From an uncultured Flavobacteriaceae bacterium (GTDB taxonomy: Bacteria > Bacteroidota > Bacteroidia > Flavobacteriales > Flavobacteriaceae), in assembly GCA_947497245.1 (NCBI GenBank), contig CANMFO010000004.1, positions 119,759 through 183,758 of the forward strand: a DNA stretch of 64,000 bases, given 5' to 3'. Positions 55,836 to 64,000 of this stretch are shown in pieces. How positions within the stretch are numbered: position 1 is the first letter of the stretch; each line of letters starts with the position of its first letter. The notes under the pieces are model-generated. The model worked only from the letters and a program-made list of their open reading frames with translations. It was not told where the DNA came from and did no database searches. A program made the translations under genes and the position numbers.

Positions 55836-57659
55836 CTATTTTTCCAAATGATCCCACCAGTACTTTTTCAACAAATAGCTTGTCAAGATCAGCACAATGC
55901 ACCAAACGATCATCTCCGTGTTTTCACGCAACATAAAATAAATGGGAATGACCACCTGTGCCATTTGCCAAACCGTCCCCACCAGAATGTTCAGGCTGTC
56001 CCGTTTAAAATCCATGTTGGGGACAAAGTCGGGATCGTCCTCCATCACCTCTTTTTTTATCGGACCCCAAAAGCCCCAGGGCCGGGTCTGCTTATAAAAG
56101 ATCTTCACCTGCTGTCGATTGGGCAACGGTTCCGAAAAGGTCCCCACGATACAGCCCAGTAGACTGAATACAAAAATGATGGGAAATACAAAGATATCCA
56201 CATAATCGGGAAAGAAAAACAGCTTGACGGTCGAGGCGATCAATCCAAAGAGCATGCCCCAGAAATATCCATTTCCGGTGAACCGCCACCAAATCCACTT
56301 CAAAACATTGGCGGCCACGTAGCCCCCGTAAAGTGCTGAACTCAGCCAGAGGATCAAGGTGTTCAGCGACCCTGCATTGAAACCAAAGACAATACCGACC
56401 ATCACCAGGACCAAAGATGAAACAATGCTCAGGCGCACCAATTTTTTATCGGGAGCCCCTGGGTTGATGTATTTTTTATAGATATCGTTTACGATATACG
56501 CCGGGGCGGAATTGACAAATGCGGCGAAAGTACCCATAAAGGCGGCAAGGAACCCGGCCAGTACCACCCCCTTCAGGCCGACGGGCAAAAACTTACCAAT
56601 GGCCATTGGGAGCAGACTTTCAAAATCGATATTGTTTCCCATGGAGGCCAGTTCCGGCCCAAGATAGACGATGGAAAGGACAGCAAAGCCCACGATCATA
56701 ATATACCGGGGAACGAAGAGGACACATATCGTCAGAAAGCTCATTTTGGCGGCCTCAGTGGGCGTGCGAGCCGCGAGTACCCGTTGCATGTCATAACTTG
56801 GCACCGGTCCCGCGATGGACGCAAAAACACCTTTGAGCACCATTAGTACGAACAATCCCCCAAACAGGTCGAAACCATCGCTTTTTATCTTGTTGTCGAC
56901 CTGGGGGAAGGCGGTGTTGCTCCAATCGAGGTTTAGCTCCCATCCAAAGAACAACTGCTTCCAACCATCGGGCAAGGCCGCATCTATCTGACCTGAACCA
57001 ACCATGGTATAGGCGACGTAGCCCACCCCGAAACAGGCAACCGTCATGATGACGAACTGCATCACCTCGGTGGCGACCACACTGTGCATTCCCCCCTTGA
57101 CGGTATAGAGCGAGGTCAGTCCGCAAATGAGCAAGGCATAACCACTGGCCGATGAAACGCGATAGCCCAAAAGATCGAAGGCCAGGTCCCAGGGCAGTAT
57201 GGAGGTGCAATATTTGCCAATGCCCTCAAAGAAATAAGCTATAAAACCAAGCACGCTGACGACGGCAAAAACGACTATAATAATGTGCGAAAGCTTGGCT
57301 CCCTTGCCGTCGCCAAATCGAAAGGTAATCCATTCGGCCCCGGTCATCACGTTCGACCGACGCATCCAAATGGCCAGGTACACGAATACAAAAACCTGGT
57401 TCCAAACCGGCCAGATCCAGGGCAGCCACGCACTTTTGAGTCCGTATATAAAGAGTATGCCCACGGCCCACATCGTGCCCGAGATATCGAACATGCCCGA
57501 GGCGTTGCTCAGTCCCAAATAATACCAAGACAATTTGTTTCCGCTGAGAAAATAAGACTCCAGATTTTTGGAAGATCGTTTGGAGAGGTAAAAACCGAGC
57601 ACCAAAACCCCTACCACATAGGTAACGACGATTCCGATGTCCCAATAGGATAGGCTCAT
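55836..57659 (-). CDS. sodium:solute symporter (SSS) family transporter
   Basis: 607 aa with ~13-14 TM segments and an SSS-like N-terminal region (YFLSGNKLSWYYLGLSNASGMFDISG). Confidence 0.8.
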   Translation of the reverse strand: MSLSYWDIGIVVTYVVGVLVLGFYLSKRSSKNLESYFLSGNKLSWYYLGLSNASGMFDISGTMWAVGILFIYGLKSAWLPWIWPVWNQVFVFVYLAIWMRRSNVMTGAEWITFRFGDGKGAKLSHIIIVVFAVVSVLGFIAYFFEGIGKYCTSILPWDLAFDLLGYRVSSASGYALLICGLTSLYTVKGGMHSVVATEVMQFVIMTVACFGVGYVAYTMVGSGQIDAALPDGWKQLFFGWELNLDWSNTAFPQVDNKIKSDGFDLFGGLFVLMVLKGVFASIAGPVPSYDMQRVLAARTPTEAAKMSFLTICVLFVPRYIMIVGFAVLSIVYLGPELASMGNNIDFESLLPMAIGKFLPVGLKGVVLAGFLAAFMGTFAAFVNSAPAYIVNDIYKKYINPGAPDKKLVRLSIVSSLVLVMVGIVFGFNAGSLNTLILWLSSALYGGYVAANVLKWIWWRFTGNGYFWGMLFGLIASTVKLFFFPDYVDIFVFPIIFVFSLLGCIVGTFSEPLPNRQQVKIFYKQTRPWGFWGPIKKEVMEDDPDFVPNMDFKRDSLNILVGTVWQMAQVVIPIYFMLRENTEMIVWCIVLILTSYLLKKYWWDHLEK

Positions 57660-57782
57660 GTGGTTTTGGCGTATTGAACTTCTAATATACTTAAAGTTTT
57701 ATCCCAACGGCCACGGGAATGGTTTTTTGGTTCCCGCCATCCATATTTTTTTATATTTAAGGGTACAAAAAACAGAAGTGAT

Positions 57783-58754
57783 ATGAAAAGAGGGGAATTT
57801 ATCAAACAAATGGGAATGTTGGGCGTCGCAGGTATGATCGGTACGGAACCAATGCTGGCCGAGGGGCTGACCAAAAAGACCTTGGACAAGCTTGGAAATA
57901 TTGGGGTACAGTTGTTTTCGTTGCCTGCCCTGTTGTCCAAAGATTTCGAGGCCGGCATCGCCATGCTTTCCGAAATGGGCTATACGGAGCTGGAACTGTT
58001 CGGCCCCTATGATTTCAGTGCAGAAAGTGCCAAGGCGGGCTGGAAAGCTGTGGAACCTATGTTGGGTTTTTCGGGCAGTGGCTACTTTGGGCGCTCCGAA
58101 CAGGCGGTAAAAGAGTTGTTCGCGAAACACAAAATGACCGTTCCCTCGGTGCACACCGATTTGGACACTTTGGAAAACCATATCGAAGCTTTTGGGGCGG
58201 CGAAGGAAACCTTGGGCTTTGATTACATCACCCTCCCCGCCATACCGGACGATCGTAGAAAAACAATGGACGATTATAAAAAAATGGCGGAAACCTTTAA
58301 TTCCATAGGGGAGAACGCCAAGAAATTGGGACTTAAATTTGCCTATCACAATCATGGATATGGTCTGAACGAGGTGGATGGGCAAGTACCCTTTCAAGTG
58401 ATGGTGGATGCCACCGATCCCGAACTGGTATTTTTTGAAATGGATATTTTCTGGACCATTGCGGGAAGGGCAGACCCTCTGGAATATTTGAGCAAGTATT
58501 CGGGCCGCTACCATTTGCTCCATATCAAGGACATGAAACCGTTGACCCATTTCTCCGGCGATGGCGCCGATATGTCGCAATGGATGCAGCTCTTTCCTCT
58601 AATGACCAATGTTGGCGATGGTGATTTTGATATCAATGCCATCGTGGAAACCGCTCAGAAACATGGGGCCAAGCACTTTTTTGTTGAGCAGGATCTGGTA
58701 AAACAGCCGGAAATTGCATTAAAAAGAAGTTTGGATTATTTACGGACGGTCTAA
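57783..58754 (+). CDS. sugar phosphate isomerase/epimerase (xylose isomerase-like TIM barrel) with a Tat-like leader
   Basis: Leader MKRGEFIKQMGMLGVAGMIG. TIM-barrel blocks YTELELFGP, FAYHNHGYG and FFVEQD. Confidence 0.75.
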   Translation: MKRGEFIKQMGMLGVAGMIGTEPMLAEGLTKKTLDKLGNIGVQLFSLPALLSKDFEAGIAMLSEMGYTELELFGPYDFSAESAKAGWKAVEPMLGFSGSGYFGRSEQAVKELFAKHKMTVPSVHTDLDTLENHIEAFGAAKETLGFDYITLPAIPDDRRKTMDDYKKMAETFNSIGENAKKLGLKFAYHNHGYGLNEVDGQVPFQVMVDATDPELVFFEMDIFWTIAGRADPLEYLSKYSGRYHLLHIKDMKPLTHFSGDGADMSQWMQLFPLMTNVGDGDFDINAIVETAQKHGAKHFFVEQDLVKQPEIALKRSLDYLRTV

Positions 58755-59025
58755 ACCTTCCGGGAAGGGGCGTACAGCTTAATGTTCGGTATTGCGGTTC
58801 CCGCATCCCTGTTTTAGGCCTTGTGGTTCACCGGGTGGCCCGGAGGCCATTTGGGAAAGTTTCCCTTTCAAGGGAATTCAGGATTGCCGGCAAGTGTGAA
58901 AATCATATCAAATGGATGAAAAGCGGGAAATATATCGCGAATCTTGTCAAATATCCTGAAAATGGGCAAAAAGGTATTGAAAAGTATTCTTAAATTTGCC
59001 CACTCTTAAAGAGAAGATGTTTATT

Positions 59026-59100
59026 GGCCTCGTAGTTCAATGGATAGAATAGAAGTTTCCTAAACTTTAGATGCAAGTTCGATTCTTGCCGAGGCTACCA
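59026..59100 (+). tRNA. tRNA-Arg (anticodon CCT), CCA encoded
   Basis: The manual fold has an acceptor stem GGCCTCG/CGAGGCT (G1-U72 wobble), a D arm GTTC..GAAT and an anticodon stem GAAGT/ACTTT. The anticodon loop is TTCCTAA. The T arm is GCAAG-TTCGATT-CTTGC, followed by ACCA. Confidence 0.85.
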
Positions 59101-59158
59101 AGATACGGATTCAGCACAAAGGCATGGACCTGTTGATCGTCCTGTTGTTTTTCTTGGG

Positions 59159-59204
59159 CTTTAGATGCAAGTTCTCCCCGATGGCTATCGGGACCGCCGA
59201 GGCT
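59159..59204 (+). other. partial duplicate of the tRNA-Arg 3' half with the T-loop replaced by a hairpin
   Basis: CTTTAGATGCAAGTTC (16/16 with 59065-59080) and GCCGAGGCT (9/9 with 59088-59096) flank a 21-nt insert containing CCCGAT-GGCT-ATCGGG. Confidence 0.6.
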
Positions 59205-59242
59205 GCCGATCGCTTTTTAACGTATGATGTTTTGAAGCAGGC

Positions 59243-59962
59243 TCATTTTCGTTTCGCCCAAATTTCGTACATGGGCTCTCCCTTACTGTTTTTGCCCTTG
59301 TGATGCCAGTCATCCCCTTTCAGTTCGTAGTTAAACCGCAAGGTGGCCCCGACCCGGGAATTGTCCCTGGAAAAATATGTGATATTTTCGGTATAGACCC
59401 CGTCGGTCGAGGTGAAATTACCTCCTCCGGTCCCAGAAAACTTGAAATTTTCCGTATGGTAGGCTATCCATTGAAAGTGGCCGTCGATCAAGAATTTCAA
59501 CGTCTTCCTTGGATTTTCATCCCCCCGCCTTTCTTGGCCCTGATCCGGCCCACGGGTGGCAAAGAGCCATTGGCCGTCCAAGTCTTGTGTCTCGCTTTCA
59601 GACCGAGCGAAGCTCATTTTTGAACCGATATCCAAAGTCAACATATCGTTTTCCAGGGAATAGGGGATATGCAGTTCCGTAACGCCATCGTTCCCATGGT
59701 TCGAATTGAATTCCAACTGCACGGCAAGAACACCGTCTTTGGCGGTACAAAAGCCCCCCAATGTCTTGATGAACCTGGCCGGCGATTTCCCATATACGGA
59801 ATGGACAAAATAGCCCCCCTTGATTTTCAATTCGTGATGGATACTATTTCCCTGGTTTTCCTGTATATGGGAAAACACTCCAGTGGGCATCTGGGCATGG
59901 GAACCCCAAGAAAAGAGAATTCCAAGGACCAAGTAACCCCATTTATTGAAAAAGTAGTGCAT
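59243..59962 (-). CDS. hypothetical secreted protein (239 aa)
   Basis: Signal peptide (WGYLVLGILFSWGSHAQ), beta-rich composition and no recognised motif. Confidence 0.5.
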   Translation of the reverse strand: MHYFFNKWGYLVLGILFSWGSHAQMPTGVFSHIQENQGNSIHHELKIKGGYFVHSVYGKSPARFIKTLGGFCTAKDGVLAVQLEFNSNHGNDGVTELHIPYSLENDMLTLDIGSKMSFARSESETQDLDGQWLFATRGPDQGQERRGDENPRKTLKFLIDGHFQWIAYHTENFKFSGTGGGNFTSTDGVYTENITYFSRDNSRVGATLRFNYELKGDDWHHKGKNSKGEPMYEIWAKRK

Positions 59963-60125
59963 CGCGTATATCGTGTTTAGTATATAAAAATAGCCATTAA
60001 TCCGTTAGGCAGGTCTGGTTGTCCCTCTTTTTTTGTCGGTGAAGAAGTGGTTTATGGGGGCTTGTCTTATCGGAAAGCCTTTTGATCCCACCATTTTTTG
60101 ATGTGTGGTCGTGGACCATACGTGC

Positions 60126-61088
60126 TTATTCCGTATGTTCATTGGTCCGGGGACTTAAATGGCCCAGCATTTCCCCGGTGGTGCGCTCCAAATCGAACGC
60201 TGCCCTCCATCCCCAATCTTGCCGTGCCCGGGAATCATCAATACTATTGGGCCAGGAATCGGCGATCGCCTGTCTAAAATCGGGCTCGTAAGAAATCGTA
60301 AAATCCGGAAGATGGGTTCTAATGCTTTCCGCGATTTCCGACGGGGTGAAATCCATGGCGGCCAGGTTATAGGAGGAACGGACCTTTATTTTTTCAGCAT
60401 CGGAATCCATCAGTTCCATGGTGGCCCGTATCGCATCGTTCATAAACATCATGGGAAGTTTGGTGTTTTCCCCAAGGAAGCAATTGTAAGCCCTTTGGGA
60501 CAGGGCCCGGTGATAGATTTCCACGGCATAGTCTGTAGTACCGCCGCCGGGCATGGTCTTCCAACTGATCAGTCCGGGATAACGGACACTGCGAACGTCC
60601 ACGCCATATTTGTGATGGTAGTAATCGCACCAACGCTCGCCCGATTGTTTACTAATGCCATAAACGGTGCTGGGTTCCATTACCGTGCTTTGCGGGGTGC
60701 GCTCCTTGGGAGTATTCGGGCCAAAAACAGCGATACTGGAGGGCCAAAAAATCTTCTCGATCTTTTTTTCCTTTCCCAGGTTCAGTACATTGAAAAGCGA
60801 ATTCATATTCAGGTCCCACGCCCTTTCGGGAAACTTTTCGGCGGTGGCGCTCAGCATGGCCGCCATAAGGTATACCTCACTGATCTCATAATAGGCAACC
60901 ACCTCTTCAAGGGCATCGTAGTCGGTGGCATCCAAAATTTCAAAGGGACCGGACTCCATCAAATCTTCATTCCCTTCGCGGATATCGCTCGCAATTACCC
61001 TTTCCGGACCGTATTTGGCCCGCAGGGCATAGGTCAATTCGGTACCGATCTGCCCGCATGCACCTATGATAAGAATATAACTTTGCAT
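60126..61088 (-). CDS. tdh: NAD-dependent epimerase/dehydratase-fold L-threonine 3-dehydrogenase (SDR-type)
   Basis: ILIIGACGQIGTELTYALRAKYGPERVIASDI is the Rossmann N-terminus typical of SDR-type TDH. A catalytic YxxxK lies in YGISKQSGE. ATG at 61088 is preferred. Confidence 0.6.
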   Translation of the reverse strand: MQSYILIIGACGQIGTELTYALRAKYGPERVIASDIREGNEDLMESGPFEILDATDYDALEEVVAYYEISEVYLMAAMLSATAEKFPERAWDLNMNSLFNVLNLGKEKKIEKIFWPSSIAVFGPNTPKERTPQSTVMEPSTVYGISKQSGERWCDYYHHKYGVDVRSVRYPGLISWKTMPGGGTTDYAVEIYHRALSQRAYNCFLGENTKLPMMFMNDAIRATMELMDSDAEKIKVRSSYNLAAMDFTPSEIAESIRTHLPDFTISYEPDFRQAIADSWPNSIDDSRARQDWGWRAAFDLERTTGEMLGHLSPRTNEHTE

Positions 61089-61153
61089 TAAAGTCAAGTT
61101 AAAATGAATTCAGGACCAAAGATACCGTTTATTAAAATTTGTACATTCGTCCC

Positions 61154-61648
61154 ATGCAAAGATTCTTCATTTTGGCCGTTGGGCTATTGGTGTTCACCTC
61201 ATGCAAATCTGATAAAAAGGAGACTGCCTTGGATGCCGATTCCACTTTTGAAATATCCACTGAAAATTGGCCCAATAAAACGACGATCAATCCCAAGTCC
61301 AAGGCTATTTTGAACAACTGGACGGAATTCAACGACCTGGAAACCAGTTTTGATGCACTTTATACCGTGGAGAACAGGGAAGACCTGAATTTGGTCATAG
61401 AAGACTTGATCGCCAAGCAAAAGGTGTTGGCCGAATCGGACTATCCCGAGGACTTTGACAAACCCCAGATCAAGAGCCGCCAAAAATTGTTCAAGACATT
61501 CGTGCTCAAGGTAAAGGGGGATATGATCTATCGACTGGACCCGCAACCCGCGGTTTTGGAAATGATGGAAGCTTTTAATGCCTTCCGTGACCAGTTCAAC
61601 ATTATCGTGAACAATACCCTTGACACCAAATTGATATTGGATGAATAA
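61154..61648 (+). CDS. hypothetical lipoprotein
   Basis: Lipobox in MQRFFILAVGLLVFTSCKSD. No recognised motif. Confidence 0.5.
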   Translation: MQRFFILAVGLLVFTSCKSDKKETALDADSTFEISTENWPNKTTINPKSKAILNNWTEFNDLETSFDALYTVENREDLNLVIEDLIAKQKVLAESDYPEDFDKPQIKSRQKLFKTFVLKVKGDMIYRLDPQPAVLEMMEAFNAFRDQFNIIVNNTLDTKLILDE

Positions 61649-62129
61649 ACTATCGTTACTTGGAGTTATTGTTTTGACGGTCTTTTCGGTCAAAGGCCAG
61701 GAAGCACGGATTGAAGCCGTTTTGGATGCCTGGCACCAAGCGGCCTCGGATGCCGATTTCGGGACCTATTTTGGTTTGATGACCGAGGATGCCGTGTTCG
61801 TCGGGACCGACGCCACTGAAAATTGGCAGTTGCCCGAGTTCAAGGCCTACGCCCGGCCCCACTTCGACAAGGGCAGGGCTTGGAGCTTTACACCGGTAGA
61901 ACGGCATATCTACCTGGACGAAGCAGAAAATTTTGCCTGGTTCGATGAGTTGTTGGATACACAAATGAAACTTTGCCGTGGTTCGGGGGTGCTCAAAAAA
62001 GTAGGGGGAGATTGGAAGGTGGCCCATTACGTACTTTCCCTTGCCGTACCGAATGACAAGGTCGGAGAACTCATACGGCTAAAAAGGGAGAGCGATAGTT
62101 TGCTGGTTGCAAAGTTGAAAAAGGATTAG
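61641..62129 (+). CDS. NTF2/SnoaL-like fold protein, secreted
   Basis: Signal peptide, then IEAVLDAWHQAASDADFGTYFGLMTEDAVFVGTDATENW, which is typical of SnoaL_3/DUF4440-like proteins. Confidence 0.5.
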   Translation: MNKLSLLGVIVLTVFSVKGQEARIEAVLDAWHQAASDADFGTYFGLMTEDAVFVGTDATENWQLPEFKAYARPHFDKGRAWSFTPVERHIYLDEAENFAWFDELLDTQMKLCRGSGVLKKVGGDWKVAHYVLSLAVPNDKVGELIRLKRESDSLLVAKLKKD

Positions 62130-62185
62130 TACTTTCCGCAGTACATTGGACACCCAGGTTTCCTGGACCTGTTAGCGAACTCAGC

Positions 62186-63295
62186 ATGGCAAAATCACTG
62201 CTCTTTCTTCCGGATATTTCCGGTTTTACCAAATTTGTGCAGACCACCGAGGTGGAACACAGCCAGCATGTTATTGCCGAATTGCTGGAAGTGCTCATAG
62301 CGGCCAATACACAGGACTTACAACTTGCAGAGATCGAGGGGGATGCCCTTTTTTTCTATAAGGAAGGGGAAGTACTCTCCCAAGAGCGGCTGTTGGCCCA
62401 AATTGAAACGATGTTCACCGCATTTTACAGCCATCTCAAATTGTTGGAGACCAACAGGATATGTCCTTGTAATGCTTGTGCATCCGCCCCTTGGTTGGAG
62501 TTGAAGTTGGTGGCCCACTGCGGGGAGCTGCAGTTCATTGAGGTCCAGGGCAACCGAAAACCTTTTGGACAGGAGGTAATCGAGGCGCACCGTTTGCTCA
62601 AGAACTCCATTGAAAGTGAAAATTATGCTTTGATCAGCAAGCAGCTTGCCAATGCCATTGAACTGCCGATCTACTACTACAGCAAGGTATACAGGTTCAA
62701 GGAAGGACAGGAGGTCTATGATGGAAGGGAAGTGGCCTATATTTATTCGCTGATCGATCAGACCAAACTGAACCTCCATACCTTTTCACAGGGAAGGAAG
62801 GTGAGTTTTGGCCACGGTCCGCCCATGACCTTCGAGAAGGAGTTCCCCATTTCCGCGGCCAGTTTAATGGAGTATATCACCAATTATACCTATCGCCATT
62901 ATTGGGTAAAGGGAGTGGACCGTTTCGAATACAATGGGAACGAGGTCACCAGACTTGGTACAGAACATGTGTGTGTGGTCAACGGAAAGCACCTGAACTT
63001 TGTCACCGTTACCAAAGAGGTGAAGCCCGGGCAATTGGTTTATGGCGAGGTGACCAGCAGTCCGCCTCCGGTCGATGAGCTTTACCAATTCTATATTCTG
63101 ACCCCGGTTTCTGAAACCTCCTGCGTGCTGAAAGTGGAGATTTACTGGAAGGCCAGGTCATGGTTCAAAAAGGCCCTGGTGGCATTGGTGGTCAAGCGCG
63201 TATTCAAGAAAAACACCGAAAATGCCTTGCACCGCCTTGCCCAATTTGTGTTGGAAAAAAGTGGCGAACCTGAAGCTTTGGGGCCTGCGGTCTGA
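62186..63295 (+). CDS. DUF2652 (nucleotidyl-cyclase-like) domain fused to an SRPBCC-like C-terminal domain
   Basis: The N-terminus MAKSLLFLPDISGFTKFVQTTE...LAEIEGDALFFY is DUF2652-like. The C-terminal ~150 aa have a START/Bet v1-like pattern. Confidence 0.5.
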   Translation: MAKSLLFLPDISGFTKFVQTTEVEHSQHVIAELLEVLIAANTQDLQLAEIEGDALFFYKEGEVLSQERLLAQIETMFTAFYSHLKLLETNRICPCNACASAPWLELKLVAHCGELQFIEVQGNRKPFGQEVIEAHRLLKNSIESENYALISKQLANAIELPIYYYSKVYRFKEGQEVYDGREVAYIYSLIDQTKLNLHTFSQGRKVSFGHGPPMTFEKEFPISAASLMEYITNYTYRHYWVKGVDRFEYNGNEVTRLGTEHVCVVNGKHLNFVTVTKEVKPGQLVYGEVTSSPPPVDELYQFYILTPVSETSCVLKVEIYWKARSWFKKALVALVVKRVFKKNTENALHRLAQFVLEKSGEPEALGPAV

Positions 63296-63386
63296 ATGGG
63301 TGCCCAAATTGCCGGGGCATCGTCCCAGAACGTTGAAAGTTTCGCACCTGGTCGGGTCGGCAATGGTCTTTAGCACTTTTGTGATT

Positions 63387-63812
63387 TCATCCCGCATGGA
63401 CTTCCTGCTTCAGGTATCCTGAAAGCTCGGAAATACAGTTGTCCCAACCTCCGTTAAAACTGCTGAACATCTTTATGGCCGTATCCCCGGGATAGTTGGA
63501 TATGCCGGAATGTTCCAAATACAGTTTGGTGCCTCCTTCGGTTTCTTCCAACTTCCACGATACCGTGGTCTCCACATGGGTGTCCTGCACCATCCAGGTA
63601 TATACGAGGGTGTAGGGACGCGCGTTTTTTACCACCCCTGTGATTTCCGTACAGTTTTCGCCTTCACTGTTGAAGGTGTAGGGATAACCTGCCTCCGCCT
63701 TAAAATCGGCCTTGATGAACCAGGTTGAGATTTCCTCTGCCTTGGAAATGGCATTCCATACCTTGTCGATGGGATGGAAAAAAACGTGTTCTTTCGAAAT
63801 GACATCTTTCAT
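63387..63812 (-). CDS. SRPBCC (Aha1/START-like) domain protein
   Basis: MKDVISKEHVFFHPIDKVWNAISKAEEISTWF... together with its ~140-aa size is typical of AHSA1-type SRPBCC proteins. ATG at 63812 is preferred. Confidence 0.65.
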   Translation of the reverse strand: MKDVISKEHVFFHPIDKVWNAISKAEEISTWFIKADFKAEAGYPYTFNSEGENCTEITGVVKNARPYTLVYTWMVQDTHVETTVSWKLEETEGGTKLYLEHSGISNYPGDTAIKMFSSFNGGWDNCISELSGYLKQEVHAG

Positions 63813-63853
63813 TGTAGAAAAAATTTTAAGGTTAATATGCAACTATATGGATG

Positions 63854-63897
63854 CAAATATACGCGCAAAAAATTAATATGCAACTTTTAGGTTGCAT
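63854..63897 (-). promoter_or_regulatory. Bacteroidota-type promoter (TTG-N19-TATATTTG) overlapped by a TTGCAT-motif operator-like repeat
   Basis: On the minus strand, TTG (63883-63881) is followed by 19 nt and then TATATTTG (63861-63854). The palindrome ATGCAAC-N6-GTTGCAT spans 63878-63897. The 12-nt direct repeat TTAATATGCAAC occurs at 63832-63843 and 63873-63884. Confidence 0.4.
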
Positions 63898-63904
63898 TAT
63901 TTTT

Positions 63905-64000
63905 TTAAAATGCACTGTCGTACACCTTGTTTTCCACAATGGAGGTGAGGATCAATGAAGTGGTCAGTTCCCCATAATCGCCCAGTCTCCCGTTGAGGTC
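63905..64000 (-). CDS. 3' end of an unassigned gene that continues beyond the window
   Basis: Frame is open from the window edge to TAA (63907-63905): ...DLNGRLGDYGELTTSLILTSIVENKVYDSAF*. It is too short to classify. Confidence 0.3.
   Translation of the reverse strand, partial: DLNGRLGDYGELTTSLILTSIVENKVYDSAF

Noticed and set aside
59026-59215. Integrated mobile element or prophage at the tRNA-Arg gene
   Set aside because: The two tRNA-derived repeats are only ~60 nt apart. No integrase, excisionase or phage-like gene flanks them, and the neighbouring genes look like ordinary chromosomal genes. At most this is a scar.
60159-61091. 310-aa plus-strand ORF opposite the threonine dehydrogenase gene. 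Similar long antisense ORFs occur at 11883-12917, 15575-16477, 37927-38745, 39525-40325, 47900-48841 and 57699-58580.
   Set aside because: Each lies antisense to a gene with clear family motifs and has biased G/H/R/V/L-rich composition without motifs. Long shadow ORFs like these are common opposite real genes and are artefacts.

Overview
This is a 64-kb chromosomal window of roughly 50% GC. Gene content, export-signal style and promoter-like motifs (TTG-N19-TAnnTTTG) fit Bacteroidota, probably a marine Flavobacteriaceae; this is inference only, since no search was possible. I can support about 57 protein-coding genes, one tRNA-Arg(CCT), two clear rho-independent terminators and one striking tandem repeat. 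I saw no rRNA, CRISPR array, transposase or integrase. Layout: (i) 0-26 kb holds mixed housekeeping genes: radical SAM, a DGPF/YciI protein with an ECF42-type sigma factor, PlsC, a bacilliredoxin-like protein, a DjlA-like protein, HemJ, a BNR/sortilin-repeat protein, GGT, a nitrilase-family enzyme, a beta-lactamase-family hydrolase, MATE, HemH and a giant TraB/GumN protein. (ii) 26.6-34.7 kb holds a six-gene minus-strand cluster. It is built around a classic-clade AAA+ ATPase with a long acidic coiled-coil protein, two soluble proteins without recognisable motifs and two membrane proteins. A 9-unit 22-bp (44-bp higher-order) tandem array lies just downstream. This cluster is the best candidate for an undescribed system. 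(iii) 35.8-40.8 kb holds AraC divergent from hemA, a hemC-hemD fusion and hemE. (iv) 42.2-58.8 kb holds a utilisation island in which normally cytoplasmic enzyme families (RraA-like, two RidA, a DgaE/SelA-like PLP enzyme, an amidohydrolase, a TIM-barrel isomerase) all carry Sec/Tat/lipoprotein export signals, next to BASS, TRAP and SSS transporters. (v) 59-64 kb holds the tRNA-Arg with a nearby partial copy of its 3' half, followed by small genes. All functional calls come from motif reading by eye; none is database-verified.
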